From Candidatus Cloacimonadales bacterium (lineage in GTDB: Bacteria; Cloacimonadota; Cloacimonadia; Cloacimonadales; JAFGVF01), in assembly GCA_963692475.1 (NCBI GenBank), contig OY829950.1, forward strand, positions 1,940,554 to 2,004,553: a stretch of DNA of 64,000 bases. The letters run 5' to 3'. Positions within the stretch are counted from its first letter, which is position 1. The number at the start of each line of letters is the position of its first letter. This document shows, piece after piece, positions 36,853 through 46,294 of this stretch. A program made the translations under genes and the position numbers. The notes beneath the pieces are model-generated. The model was not told the DNA's origin. It did no database searches and saw only the letters and a program-made list of their open reading frames with translations.

Positions 36853-37124
36853 GGCTCTCTCCAAAAGTAGAGTGGGAAATTTGATAAATAATTTAAAAAG
36901 GGATTTATTCCTTCTGTTTTTATTTTTGTGAAAATAATATTTATCTAATCCCGAAGGGATGTCATTTAATAGGCAGGGTTCGTTAGACCCTGTATATATG
37001 AACCAAAGATTTATCTTAGCCCTGGAAGGGCGTCATTATTATTGATTTTGCTGATGTGGACATCCACTTTTAGACAAACTAAACACATGAACTAAATTAC
37101 GCCCACTCTACTTGAGAGAGAGCC
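36853..37124 (+). mobile_element. MITE family 2, copy B, nested in family 1
   Basis: TIRs GGCTCTCTCCAAAAGTAGAGTGGG / CCCACTCTACTTGAGAGAGAGCC. 8-bp direct repeat TTTTATTA at 36845-36852 and 37125-37132. Copy C has a single uninterrupted TTTTATTA at the equivalent position. Confidence 0.8.
36948..37031 (+). repeat. Three-hairpin module, copy 5 (inside MITE family 2 copy B)
   Basis: H1 ATCCC-GAA-GGGAT 36948-36960. H2 CAGGGT-TCGTTAG-ACCCTG 36974-36992. H3 GCCC-TGGAA-GGGC 37019-37031. Confidence 0.7.
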
Positions 37125-37255
37125 TTTTATTATAATATATTCATTGTATAATAGAAAGTAACGAGTTTAAGTTTACTGTTTAGAGTAAGTTTTGCTTGTA
37201 AATAATACTTTAATAATATAATTTTAAAACAATATTAAGCAAGCATGTCTTTTAA

Positions 37256-37445
37256 CCCAAATAATGCAGAAGATCTTTTAGAATAGCACTATATTCATTT
37301 GCTAAAGCATTTTACATAATTTCTCAGAGTATATATATTATACGCTGATAAATTCTGTAAAACCTTAATGCACCCCCTGTGTCCCCCTCAAAAAAGGGGA
37401 TAAGAATCTGCACTCTTCTGCAAAGCTCTACTGCACCATTCGGGT
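37256..37445 (+). mobile_element. MITE family 3, copy c, nested in family 1
   Basis: CCCAAATAATGCAG ... CTGCACCATTCGGGT flanked by TTAA (37252-37255 and 37446-37449). Copy A shows the uninterrupted site GGATTAATTAAAAG (15513-15526, opposite strand). Confidence 0.8.
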
Positions 37446-37763
37446 TTAATTAATCCATAGTTCTTTTCTAAAGGATCATATTATATGTATTGAACTTATA
37501 TATCTCCACTATCAGGTGTCTCTTGGTTTTCAGCTTAGTGGATGGCTAATAGATGCCCAATAAACCCCTAATAAACCGCCAATGGACTATCTGAAATAAA
37601 GCAGATAATGAAGGATTTAGATTTACCAAGAACAAAAAGATTGATTATTGGGTGTTAACAGAAAATTCTACAAAGAGGTGACCTATTTATGAAATTTTCA
37701 CCTGACTTGAACTTGAGTCTTTTGTTTTCGAGACATCATACTTGGATATAGTCTTCACATTAA

Positions 37764-38522
37764 CTATACTTGATTAACCCAAGTTTTAAAAGCCGAGACC
37801 TTTCTTCTACTAACAATAACATCCATTGCTACATCTACAGATAAAATTAAAATCAGCCTATGAGCTTCATGTTTTTTGATACTCACAATTGCATAATCTG
37901 CTACAATTATACTCCTCGATATACGGAAATAATGGTTAGTATCAAGTATCTCTTCTAAATGCTCCAAAGAGTGGTCAAGAATGTATCTATGCTCATTTTT
38001 GGTAATTATATAGGTTAGGTTTGACTCTGAGTAAAAAAGAATGATTTCAGAGGCGAGAATGGGTATCAAATTAACACCTTGTTTAATTAAGAAGCGGATA
38101 TCTTTTTCGTGAGACTCGCTATGATTCTGGGACTCTGTTTTGATAATAGGGTTGTTTATATTATTGATAATTAGTGATTTAAATTTGTTAATATTTTCTT
38201 CTATATCACTTTTCTTGAATGGTTTTAAAATATAACCTATACTATTTAATTTAAAGGCATGAACTGCATATTGGTTATAGGCAGTAAGGAAAATTATTGG
38301 TGCTTGGGGAGAATACTCGGAGAATATTTGGAAGCAATTACCATCACCTAATTCGATGTCGCTAAGAATCAAATCTGGTTCTTGATTTTTTTTAAACCAC
38401 TCTTTACCTTGCTTTACCGATCTAATAACATCTAATACATGGTATTTCTCGCTAATCTCTTCGACAATATTCTTTATTCTATTTGCAGTTAGATATTCAT
38501 CTTCAATAATTAAGAAATTCAT
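37764..38522 (-). CDS. LytTR-family response regulator (REC + LytTR DNA-binding domain)
   Basis: MNFLIIEDE...DLILSDIELGDGN receiver. C-terminal LytTR block (YFFRISRSIIV-like: HYFRISRSIIVADYAI). Confidence 0.88.
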   Translation of the reverse strand: MNFLIIEDEYLTANRIKNIVEEISEKYHVLDVIRSVKQGKEWFKKNQEPDLILSDIELGDGNCFQIFSEYSPQAPIIFLTAYNQYAVHAFKLNSIGYILKPFKKSDIEENINKFKSLIINNINNPIIKTESQNHSESHEKDIRFLIKQGVNLIPILASEIILFYSESNLTYIITKNEHRYILDHSLEHLEEILDTNHYFRISRSIIVADYAIVSIKKHEAHRLILILSVDVAMDVIVSRRKVSAFKTWVNQV

Positions 38523-40313
38523 TTAAACCTCTGAGATTAAAGGAATTTTGGCAATAAACTTATTATTAGATTCAATAACAATAATATTTATTTGTTTTAG
38601 TAAATAAAGTCGTTGATTTAGGTTTTTAAGTCCTAACTTAGAAGTTGGTTGACTATGTTTTTTAAGTTGTAGATAATTTTCCACAATAACAAAATCATCT
38701 TTTGTGTAAATCTGTATCTCTAAGGGATTTTCATCGGTAGCAATATTATGCTTGATTGCATTTTCAATCAACATTTGAATGCTTAAAGGAGGGACAAATT
38801 TAGGTAAATCTTCATCTTTAATGGCAAAATTAGCAATGATACTATCATTAAATCTCTTTTTTAGTAAAAAGATAAAGGCATTACAGAAGTTTAGTTCTTC
38901 TTTCACAGTAACAAAATTATTTTCGTGAGTATCGAGGATATAGCGGTATACTTTTGAAAACTCTTGAATATAATCAACCGCACAATCCTTATCTATTTCA
39001 ATAAGGGCAATGAGAGTACCCAGGCTGTTAAAGAGGAAGTGGGGATCTAACTGTTTTTTTAAACCGCTAAGTTGAGATTCCAAGTTAGATTCAGTTAGCT
39101 CTAAATTTTTAATTTTCTGAATTTGGAGTTCATTAATCGTTAAATTATACTGTTTATAAGTATAAACTCCAAAAGAGATAATCCAGGCAAAAAGACCTAA
39201 TCCTACAGGACCAAACATAGTTATAGAACTTATTCTATGCAAGAAAAGTGGAGTAATCAAAAAGATCGTATTCAAGATCGCAGCCACAGAGAAGAGAGTC
39301 TTGGTATTCAGAAGATCTAACTTAGATTTTTGGAGCTGATATATAATTATCATATTAAAAATGGATAATGATAAGAGTACAAAAAAGCGACTAATTGAAA
39401 TGAATTGAGGAAAAATAAAAGATAAAAGAAGGCTTATCAATACTAACAAGGATACTATAGCCATATATTTCTTTTTTAAAAAAGAGGCTATTACTAAGCC
39501 AAAGAAAACCCATATTAAGTGGTAAAAAGTAAGAATGTACAACATTCGTGTGTAGGTAAAGTCTGAGAAAAATAAAGATAAGGGTGATAACATCCAATAG
39601 AAAAGTCCTGCTGTAACCATTAACAAAGAAAAATATAGGGTAGTAGGATTAAAGTTTTTCAAGGTTATTAAGAAGATTATAAAAGTTATGAAACTAATAA
39701 AAAGAAGAAAATTTCCAACAAAGAAGGTTAAATAATCTGTATTTCTCTTGATTATCTCTTCATTTATGATATACTCTTTAATATTGTCTTCATCACCAAC
39801 TACGATAGGGAAAAATTTAAATAGAGGTACTTTTCTATCAATATCAATGGAGAAATAGATTTTATTAAACTGAAACTCATAATTATCATACTTATTATCT
39901 CCTAATGAAATAATCTGCGTGTTTGTATGATTATTAATATCATAGTTGTTGATACTTGTTTGAGTCTCTTTAGTAGGATAAATCTGGTATGGATAGAAGA
40001 CTTTAAGGTTGTTTTTCATAGAATGAAAATAGATAGCATTAAAAGGTATGATCATTCCTGAAAGGTCTATTTTAAACCATACCCTTGTATTGTCCTCAAA
40101 GTTATTGTGCCTATAATGTTCTAAACCTCTCCAGGCATTAGAAGGAATGGTAGTGAAGTCAGGAGCATTATCACTAAGCTTAGGAATATTACCAATGAAG
40201 AAAGTTATCTCATCAGGACCAAAGACTTTTAAGTTTGTCTCAAAAAAGTTAGAAACACTTGAAAGAGTCGAGAAGGACAAGATTAAGAGCAGAATTAGCT
40301 TGATATTCTTCAT
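38523..40313 (-). CDS. LytS/YehU-type sensor histidine kinase with periplasmic domain and 7TM region
   Basis: Signal/TM, multi-TM block and His_kinase box LDPHFLFNSLGTL, then GHKL N-box LIENAIKHN. Adjacent to the LytTR regulator. Confidence 0.85.
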   Translation of the reverse strand: MKNIKLILLLILSFSTLSSVSNFFETNLKVFGPDEITFFIGNIPKLSDNAPDFTTIPSNAWRGLEHYRHNNFEDNTRVWFKIDLSGMIIPFNAIYFHSMKNNLKVFYPYQIYPTKETQTSINNYDINNHTNTQIISLGDNKYDNYEFQFNKIYFSIDIDRKVPLFKFFPIVVGDEDNIKEYIINEEIIKRNTDYLTFFVGNFLLFISFITFIIFLITLKNFNPTTLYFSLLMVTAGLFYWMLSPLSLFFSDFTYTRMLYILTFYHLIWVFFGLVIASFLKKKYMAIVSLLVLISLLLSFIFPQFISISRFFVLLSLSIFNMIIIYQLQKSKLDLLNTKTLFSVAAILNTIFLITPLFLHRISSITMFGPVGLGLFAWIISFGVYTYKQYNLTINELQIQKIKNLELTESNLESQLSGLKKQLDPHFLFNSLGTLIALIEIDKDCAVDYIQEFSKVYRYILDTHENNFVTVKEELNFCNAFIFLLKKRFNDSIIANFAIKDEDLPKFVPPLSIQMLIENAIKHNIATDENPLEIQIYTKDDFVIVENYLQLKKHSQPTSKLGLKNLNQRLYLLKQINIIVIESNNKFIAKIPLISEV

Positions 40314-40346
40314 ATTTCCTCAATAATGATTAGTGTTATAGATTTC

Positions 40347-40405
40347 ACCAAAATAATGCAGTAGATCTTTATGAATATCAATATATTCTACTACTTCATT
40401 CGGGT
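40347..40405. repeat. MITE family 3, minimal 59-bp derivative (copy d)
   Basis: CACCAAAATAATGCAGTAG ... CTACTACTTCATTCGGGT retains only the two TIR regions. Located just downstream of the methyltransferase gene on the minus strand. Confidence 0.6.
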
Positions 40406-40457
40406 TTAATTAAATTTATTCATTTAATGTCATCATAACCAATAAAGTCAAGTATTT

Positions 40458-41225
40458 TTAATCGTTTTTTTGAGCTAAATAGATAATATTATCAGAAGTT
40501 GGAGTAATTTCATTTAAATCAAAATCACCATAAGCATGAACTAAATTAAATCCACAATGCTTAAGAAGTAATTCAAGATAGTCACCTCTTATGCCTTTTA
40601 GAGAGAGAGTATGATGTAAAACCTCTCTTTCTCCATCTTTATTTATCATTACATAGCTATCATTCCATGTAGTAATTTGACTAATTCTATCAACTTGATG
40701 AGAAGTAAACATAGAAATATCTTTTCCAATCTCTTTATTATGTCTTTTGTAGAGAAGAGTTTTTGCTTGTTCTATGGGTAAATCGCAAGTATAAGGGCAA
40801 ATATCAAAAGCAATATACCCATTAGGACTAAGATAAGTCCTTATATGTTGGAGAGCATTAATCTGATCTTGCAGGGTGAGAAGATACTGAAAAGTTGAGT
40901 AACTATAGAAAGCAAAATCATAAGTGGTAGGAAATTCATAGTCTAACATATTCCCGAGAAGTATTCTTTCATGAGGGAGATTAGGATGTTTTCTCTTCAT
41001 TCTTTTTATCAGAGTAGGGGAATTGTCTAAGCCCCAAATATCTATTCCTTCTTCAAAAAGCTGAGAAGTAATTCTTCCTGAGCCACAACCTAATTCTAAA
41101 ACTTTACCACCAATTTTTTGGCTTAGCTTTTGCCATGCTTTATAATCTCCGGTTTGATGAGAGTTTATTGCATAAAGCTCCCAGTCAAATAGATAAGCAT
41201 ATTCATCCCAGTTTAAGTTCATCAC
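40458..41225 (-). CDS. Class I SAM-dependent methyltransferase
   Basis: Motif I VLELGCGSGRIT, post-I GLDNS. Substrate unknown. Confidence 0.8.
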   Translation of the reverse strand: MMNLNWDEYAYLFDWELYAINSHQTGDYKAWQKLSQKIGGKVLELGCGSGRITSQLFEEGIDIWGLDNSPTLIKRMKRKHPNLPHERILLGNMLDYEFPTTYDFAFYSYSTFQYLLTLQDQINALQHIRTYLSPNGYIAFDICPYTCDLPIEQAKTLLYKRHNKEIGKDISMFTSHQVDRISQITTWNDSYVMINKDGEREVLHHTLSLKGIRGDYLELLLKHCGFNLVHAYGDFDLNEITPTSDNIIYLAQKND

Positions 41226-41258
41226 TACTCCTAACTATGATTATGTAAGTAAATCACC

Positions 41259-42944
41259 TTACATCTCTTCTAAAGTCTCTATTCCTAAAAGATTTAACAC
41301 AATAGAAATAGTATTTCTAAAAGCTGCAACTAAAGCTAAGCGTTGACCAGAGTTTTCACTTTTTAAAACAGGGCATTCATGGAAGAAGTGATTAAAGATT
41401 TGGCACAAATCATAAGCATAATTAGCCATTAAGGATGGGGATAATCTTTCAATAGCATCTTTATGGATTTCAGGGAATTGAGCTATTTTCTTGAGTAAGC
41501 TCATTTCACTAAAATTAGCATCCCAAGGTGCAGTATTAAAGGCTTCCTGAGCTTTTCTTAATATTGATGAAGCACGTGCATAGCTATAGAGAAGATAAGG
41601 ACCTGTATCACCTTCGAAACGAATAGCCTCTTTAGGATTAAAAATCATATTCTTGCTTGTTTCTGTTTTTAAAAGTTGATATTTAATAGCTGCTAAAGAA
41701 ATAATCATACTTCTTTTCTCTAATTCTGTTTTATCAATATCTTGATAACGTTTCAGAATCTCTTCCCCTGCTAATCCGGCTGTATTAACTATTAAATCAT
41801 CAGCATCAACAACAGTTCCTTCGCGGGATTTCATTTTGCCTTCTGGTAGCTCTACCATTCCGTAAGAGAGATGTTGAATTCCGTCTGCGTAAGATACTCC
41901 ACATAATTGCAAAATTTTCTTAAGAACTGTGAAGTGATACTCTTGCTCATTACCAACAACATAAATTGATTTATCATAACCAAAATCATGATTTTTTAGG
42001 TATGCTAAATATATATCCTGAACAATATAAACAGAAGTACCATTAGGCCTAAGAAGTACCTTCTCTCCTAATCCATATTCTTCTAAATCTGCAATAACAG
42101 CACCATCGGCTCTTTTTTGAAAAATATTTCTTTCTAAACCATCCAAAATAATTTCTTTACCCTTTCGGAAAATCTGACTCTCATAATACTCTTTATCAAA
42201 GTAAGTTCCAAAGAGTTTGAATGTCTCTGTAAAACCATTGAATGCCCAGTTATTCATCTTTTCCCATAAAGAAACTATTTCCTTATCTCCAGCCTCCCAT
42301 TTTTCTAACATCTGCAAAGCTTGATTCTCATAATTAGGGTCAAGTTTAGCTTGTTGAGCGAATTTTACATAGTAGTCTCCAACGAAGTGGTCAGATTTGA
42401 TGTCATTACTTTCCGGAGTGTCTCCATTACCAAAATCACGATAGGAGAGCATTGATTTGCAGATATGAACTCCTCGATCATTGAAAATACAGGTTTTGGT
42501 AACATTCTGCCCACTATAGTTGAGAATTCGGGATATGCTTTCTCCAATTGCCATGTTTCGTAAATGTCCTAAATGGAGGGGTTTATTAGTATTTGGAGAG
42601 CAATATTCAACAATAGTGTTACTAGTGTCAGAGCCTTTTCCATAATCATTCTGAAGAGAGTTTATTAATACTTGAGCAATAATCCATCTACTCTCCAAAA
42701 AGAAATTTAAATAACCTGAAACAGCTTCTACTTTAGAGAACTCTTTTTTTTCTTGAAATCTTGAAGCTAATTCTTCTGCTATAAGTTTTGGACTTTTTCT
42801 TAGTTTTTTTGCCAGAGAGAAGCAAGGAAGTGCATAGTCTCCCATTTCATCATTATGGGGGATTTCAAGCACTTTTTTTATCTCTTCAAACTCAAAAAAT
42901 TCAGATAATTCTGTATATAATATTTGGATAATTTTATTTTTCAT
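41259..42944 (-). CDS. argS: Arginine--tRNA ligase
   Basis: SPNTNKPLHLGHLRN (HIGH), an anticodon-binding C-terminal domain ending ...LGIETLEEM. ORF track start 42974; I prefer ATG 42944 (MKNKIIQ, GAGG RBS). Confidence 0.93.
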   Translation of the reverse strand: MKNKIIQILYTELSEFFEFEEIKKVLEIPHNDEMGDYALPCFSLAKKLRKSPKLIAEELASRFQEKKEFSKVEAVSGYLNFFLESRWIIAQVLINSLQNDYGKGSDTSNTIVEYCSPNTNKPLHLGHLRNMAIGESISRILNYSGQNVTKTCIFNDRGVHICKSMLSYRDFGNGDTPESNDIKSDHFVGDYYVKFAQQAKLDPNYENQALQMLEKWEAGDKEIVSLWEKMNNWAFNGFTETFKLFGTYFDKEYYESQIFRKGKEIILDGLERNIFQKRADGAVIADLEEYGLGEKVLLRPNGTSVYIVQDIYLAYLKNHDFGYDKSIYVVGNEQEYHFTVLKKILQLCGVSYADGIQHLSYGMVELPEGKMKSREGTVVDADDLIVNTAGLAGEEILKRYQDIDKTELEKRSMIISLAAIKYQLLKTETSKNMIFNPKEAIRFEGDTGPYLLYSYARASSILRKAQEAFNTAPWDANFSEMSLLKKIAQFPEIHKDAIERLSPSLMANYAYDLCQIFNHFFHECPVLKSENSGQRLALVAAFRNTISIVLNLLGIETLEEM

Positions 42945-43018
42945 AAAGACCTCATTACTAAGTATAAATGTCAATTTTTACAAAGCTGATAAATTAGCAA
43001 CTCTTTTTCTTACTCCCA

Positions 43019-43053
43019 TAAAAAAACCGCAGTCAAAATTCATAGACTGCGGT
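43019..43053 (-). terminator. Rho-independent terminator after the ABC/GldG/DUF4340 operon
   Basis: ACCGCAGTC-N10-GACTGCGGT with a run of U on the minus strand (A-run 43020-43026 on plus). Confidence 0.75.
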
Positions 43054-43082
43054 TAATTCTGAATTCTAAATTACTTTTTTAT

Positions 43083-44009
43083 TTACTTCTCAACTATTAG
43101 TTTATCCATTTCGAAATTGAAATCATCCATAATATTCTTTTGGACAATATAGAGAGGAGATTTTTGGCTTCCTAACTGTAGCAGTACACTTGTTTCATTG
43201 TAAGGAATTACTGTTAGGAACTTTTCTCCGTCGTCAGAAGTATTGATTTTTATCGACAGATGAGGTTCATTAAGAAGGTCTTCATAGTTTTCAAACTCTT
43301 TATCCAAGAAGTCTGTAGCTCTTAATGATTTAAATCTATTTAGTATTTTTTTCATTATAGGATTATTATCAGCTACTTCATGAGTTAAATCATTTTCGGC
43401 AAATATCCAAAGTGAATCAGCGTAAGTAAACTTATAGTTTCTCTCTTTAGTAGCAACTTGGAAATCCAAGATATTATCAGTATCAAGTTTTAGAATAACA
43501 TTCTCTCTCCAGCTTTTCACATCTGGTTTAATAGACCAAGATAGATTTTCTGAAAGTTGGTAAATTTCAGTAGCTTGGGGATGACGGGCATAAGAGAAGT
43601 TATAATTATCAGATTTTCCAATCAGAGCTTTTCTAAGTTCATTACCTTGAGCATCAAGAATTGTTATAAGAGTTCCTAAAGTGTCAGTAACATTATAGGT
43701 TTTTTGCATTTTTTCTGATACCGAGATAGGCAATGATGAAGTTTTAGCAGTAGTCAGCTTTTTAATTAAATCATCAATCTTATTTTCCTTAATAGGGGAT
43801 TCCACAGGATCTGTCATTTCCCATTTCTCACTATTCTTTACCAATGTTATAGAGCCACTAGAATCAGCAAAAACAATAGTATTGAAGTTGTCACTATTCT
43901 CTCCAAAGTAGAAAAATGCTTTTTCTTTAGGTTCATTTCTCGTAATCATTAAATAGACAGCAACAGTAATCAATAATATTATTAAGGTTGTAATATTTTT
44001 CTTATTCAT
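43083..44009 (-). CDS. DUF4340-like protein (N-terminal TM anchor), last gene of the ABC cluster
   Basis: Single TM ITTLIILLITVAVYLMI. The position directly after a GldG-like gene is the usual DUF4340 context. Weak sequence-level support. Confidence 0.6.
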   Translation of the reverse strand: MNKKNITTLIILLITVAVYLMITRNEPKEKAFFYFGENSDNFNTIVFADSSGSITLVKNSEKWEMTDPVESPIKENKIDDLIKKLTTAKTSSLPISVSEKMQKTYNVTDTLGTLITILDAQGNELRKALIGKSDNYNFSYARHPQATEIYQLSENLSWSIKPDVKSWRENVILKLDTDNILDFQVATKERNYKFTYADSLWIFAENDLTHEVADNNPIMKKILNRFKSLRATDFLDKEFENYEDLLNEPHLSIKINTSDDGEKFLTVIPYNETSVLLQLGSQKSPLYIVQKNIMDDFNFEMDKLIVEK

Positions 44010-45573
44010 AAATTCTCTCCAACATCTTCTTTTTGTTATTATATAGTTTAAATGAGATTAAACCGTAAAAAATAAGTAAAAGGGAAGGAAGCAAAATATT
44101 AGACCACTTAATGAGTTTTTTCTTTTGATTTGAGATGTCTGCTTTTAGTGGTTTGTATTCTGTTCCTCGGGAACGAAGCTGAATGAGAGAAGCATCTCCC
44201 ACAATAGTATCTAAGGTATTAAGAACAAACTCCATATTAGTTTTATTACCTGCCCCAGCATCATCTAAAAGGATTTCACTATCAGCAAGATAGATAATTT
44301 GGCTTGCTTCAGATTCATTAATATTGTCTGGAAAATTTGGGTTATCTGCAAACAGACTCTTGAATTTTCCTTGGTAAATACCAGCTAATATAGCAGGTTC
44401 TTCAGTTAGCATCTGATTCAAATCCTGATTCATATAACTATTTACTCCAATATCAAAACGAGGAGCATTCACCCTTTTAGTATTTTCAGAAGTGTACATG
44501 AGAGGTGTGAAAGTTATTCCTTCAGGAATATTATTGTTATCAAGTTCTGAAGCAAATACTAAACTCATTACTTCTATGTTTCCTACCAAGTCTGCATCAC
44601 TGTTGAACTTACTGATAATTGGAATAAAGGGATATTTTACAGGTGTTTGCATAGTGAACATTCCTTGCCTACGGCTAAGGTTAACCTGACCACAATTAGC
44701 ATCACCAACCAAGTTTTGTTTTATGTTGATGCCGTAAGAACTTAATAAATCAAACAAATTAGAATTAATAACTTCTGCTTGCTGAGTCTGAATACTTGCT
44801 CTTACTCTATCTTGGAAGAAGGCAACAGAACCCCCTTTCATAATAAATTGGTCAAGATTATGAAGTTGAGATACAGTTAGAGAATCTTTGATACCTGTAA
44901 TAATCAAGCCATCAACATCATCGGCAAGAGGTGTTGATAAGTCGCTATTTTCTATAGTATAACTTTCTGAAATTATAGAATTAAAAGTAGCATAATTATC
45001 TTTTGCTCTCCCAAACATATCTTTAGTAACTTCTTCAGGTTTAAAAACAGCAATCTTTTTCTGCTTATCAGAAATTAGCTTCTTGATTGCTAAAGTGATA
45101 TCATACTCTAAACCTTGTGTCTTTTGTACCAAAGGAATGGTCTCAGATTTTCCTTGATAGAGGAATGCTAAGCCCATATAGACTTCGCGTATCTCCATTT
45201 TATCATTTTCATTAATTTGCATCTGAACAGGATTAATCATATTTTTCTGAGCTTCAGCCTTCAGTTCATCCTCTGTTCCAGGATCTAAAAATTCAAATTT
45301 TAGTTGTCCTTTAGAATAAACTGCATATTCTGCTAACAAATCTTTAGTGTAGCGACGAGCATCTGCATATTCTGGAGGGAGATTTTCAGAAAAGTAAGCT
45401 TTGACTACTAATCTGTCATTAAGATTCTTAATAGTCTCTTTTGATGTATCTGAAAGGGAATACATCTTGTTCTTAGAAAGGTCGAATCGATGAAATAGAG
45501 AGATCGAAATTAAATTAATAATAACTATGATTACCGTAACAATTACAATATTTATCCATAATGATTTTTTCAT
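44002..45573 (-). CDS. GldG-like ABC transporter accessory protein
   Basis: 523 aa, TM at both ends, large extracytoplasmic domain. Follows the ABC-2 permease as gldG does. Confidence 0.7.
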   Translation of the reverse strand: MKKSLWINIVIVTVIIVIINLISISLFHRFDLSKNKMYSLSDTSKETIKNLNDRLVVKAYFSENLPPEYADARRYTKDLLAEYAVYSKGQLKFEFLDPGTEDELKAEAQKNMINPVQMQINENDKMEIREVYMGLAFLYQGKSETIPLVQKTQGLEYDITLAIKKLISDKQKKIAVFKPEEVTKDMFGRAKDNYATFNSIISESYTIENSDLSTPLADDVDGLIITGIKDSLTVSQLHNLDQFIMKGGSVAFFQDRVRASIQTQQAEVINSNLFDLLSSYGINIKQNLVGDANCGQVNLSRRQGMFTMQTPVKYPFIPIISKFNSDADLVGNIEVMSLVFASELDNNNIPEGITFTPLMYTSENTKRVNAPRFDIGVNSYMNQDLNQMLTEEPAILAGIYQGKFKSLFADNPNFPDNINESEASQIIYLADSEILLDDAGAGNKTNMEFVLNTLDTIVGDASLIQLRSRGTEYKPLKADISNQKKKLIKWSNILLPSLLLIFYGLISFKLYNNKKKMLERIYE

Positions 45574-45583
45574 TTTATTCCTC

Positions 45584-46294
45584 CTATCTTTTCTTTAAAT
45601 CTAAAGCTGTGCCAGCTAAATAAAGGAATACAAAGGTCAATGAAGCAAAATAGATCACATTTCGAGTATCAATAACCCCTCTGGCAATATTTGAAAAATG
45701 GTAATTTATGCTCAAATATTGAAAGATTCCGGAGATTGATGGAGGAATAAAGAATAGAGCATAATCTAAGATGTAAAAGAAAAAGATTATCACAAAGCTG
45801 ATAATGAAAGCTATAATTTGATTCTTGGTAAGACAAGAAGCAAATAATCCAACTGCTGAATAAGCTGAGGCTAAGAGAACTAAACCAAGATAACCAGTGA
45901 ACATAGCTCCCACATCAACATTAGTACCAATAAGCATTATTGTGATAGGGTGAATCAAAGAAAGCAATAAACCAGTTAATATTAAGCCTAAACCTGCAAT
46001 GAACTTTCCTATAACTATCTGAGAAGACTTCACTGGAAGAGTAGATAACAACTCAATTGTTCCACTGTTGTTTTCTTTGGATACTAAACCCATTGTTATA
46101 GCAGGAATAAATATTAAAAAGATGATAGGTATAATACTGAAAAGTGTTCTTAAATCAGATTGATTCAAGAGGAATAAAGGATTAGCAAAGAACCATCCAG
46201 TTATGAGAAGGAAACCAACTAAAACCATATAAGCTGCTGGAGATTTAAAGAATGAAGTGTACTCTTTAAGAGCAATAGTTTTGATATAATGCAT
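45584..46294 (-). CDS. ABC-2 type permease (GldF-like)
   Basis: 236 aa, six predicted TM helices. Overlaps the upstream ATPase gene by 1 nt. Confidence 0.8.
   Translation of the reverse strand: MHYIKTIALKEYTSFFKSPAAYMVLVGFLLITGWFFANPLFLLNQSDLRTLFSIIPIIFLIFIPAITMGLVSKENNSGTIELLSTLPVKSSQIVIGKFIAGLGLILTGLLLSLIHPITIMLIGTNVDVGAMFTGYLGLVLLASAYSAVGLFASCLTKNQIIAFIISFVIIFFFYILDYALFFIPPSISGIFQYLSINYHFSNIARGVIDTRNVIYFASLTFVFLYLAGTALDLKKR

Larger units (their letters stand above)
36812..37719 (+). mobile_element. MITE family 1, copy B, carrying two nested MITE insertions
   Basis: Left end GGCTATTGTTCAAGTGTAGTGG (diverged), right end CACCTGACTTGAACTTGAGTC. Collinear with copy C (57015-57445) once 36853-37132 and 37256-37449 are removed. 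No clean TSD. Confidence 0.7.
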
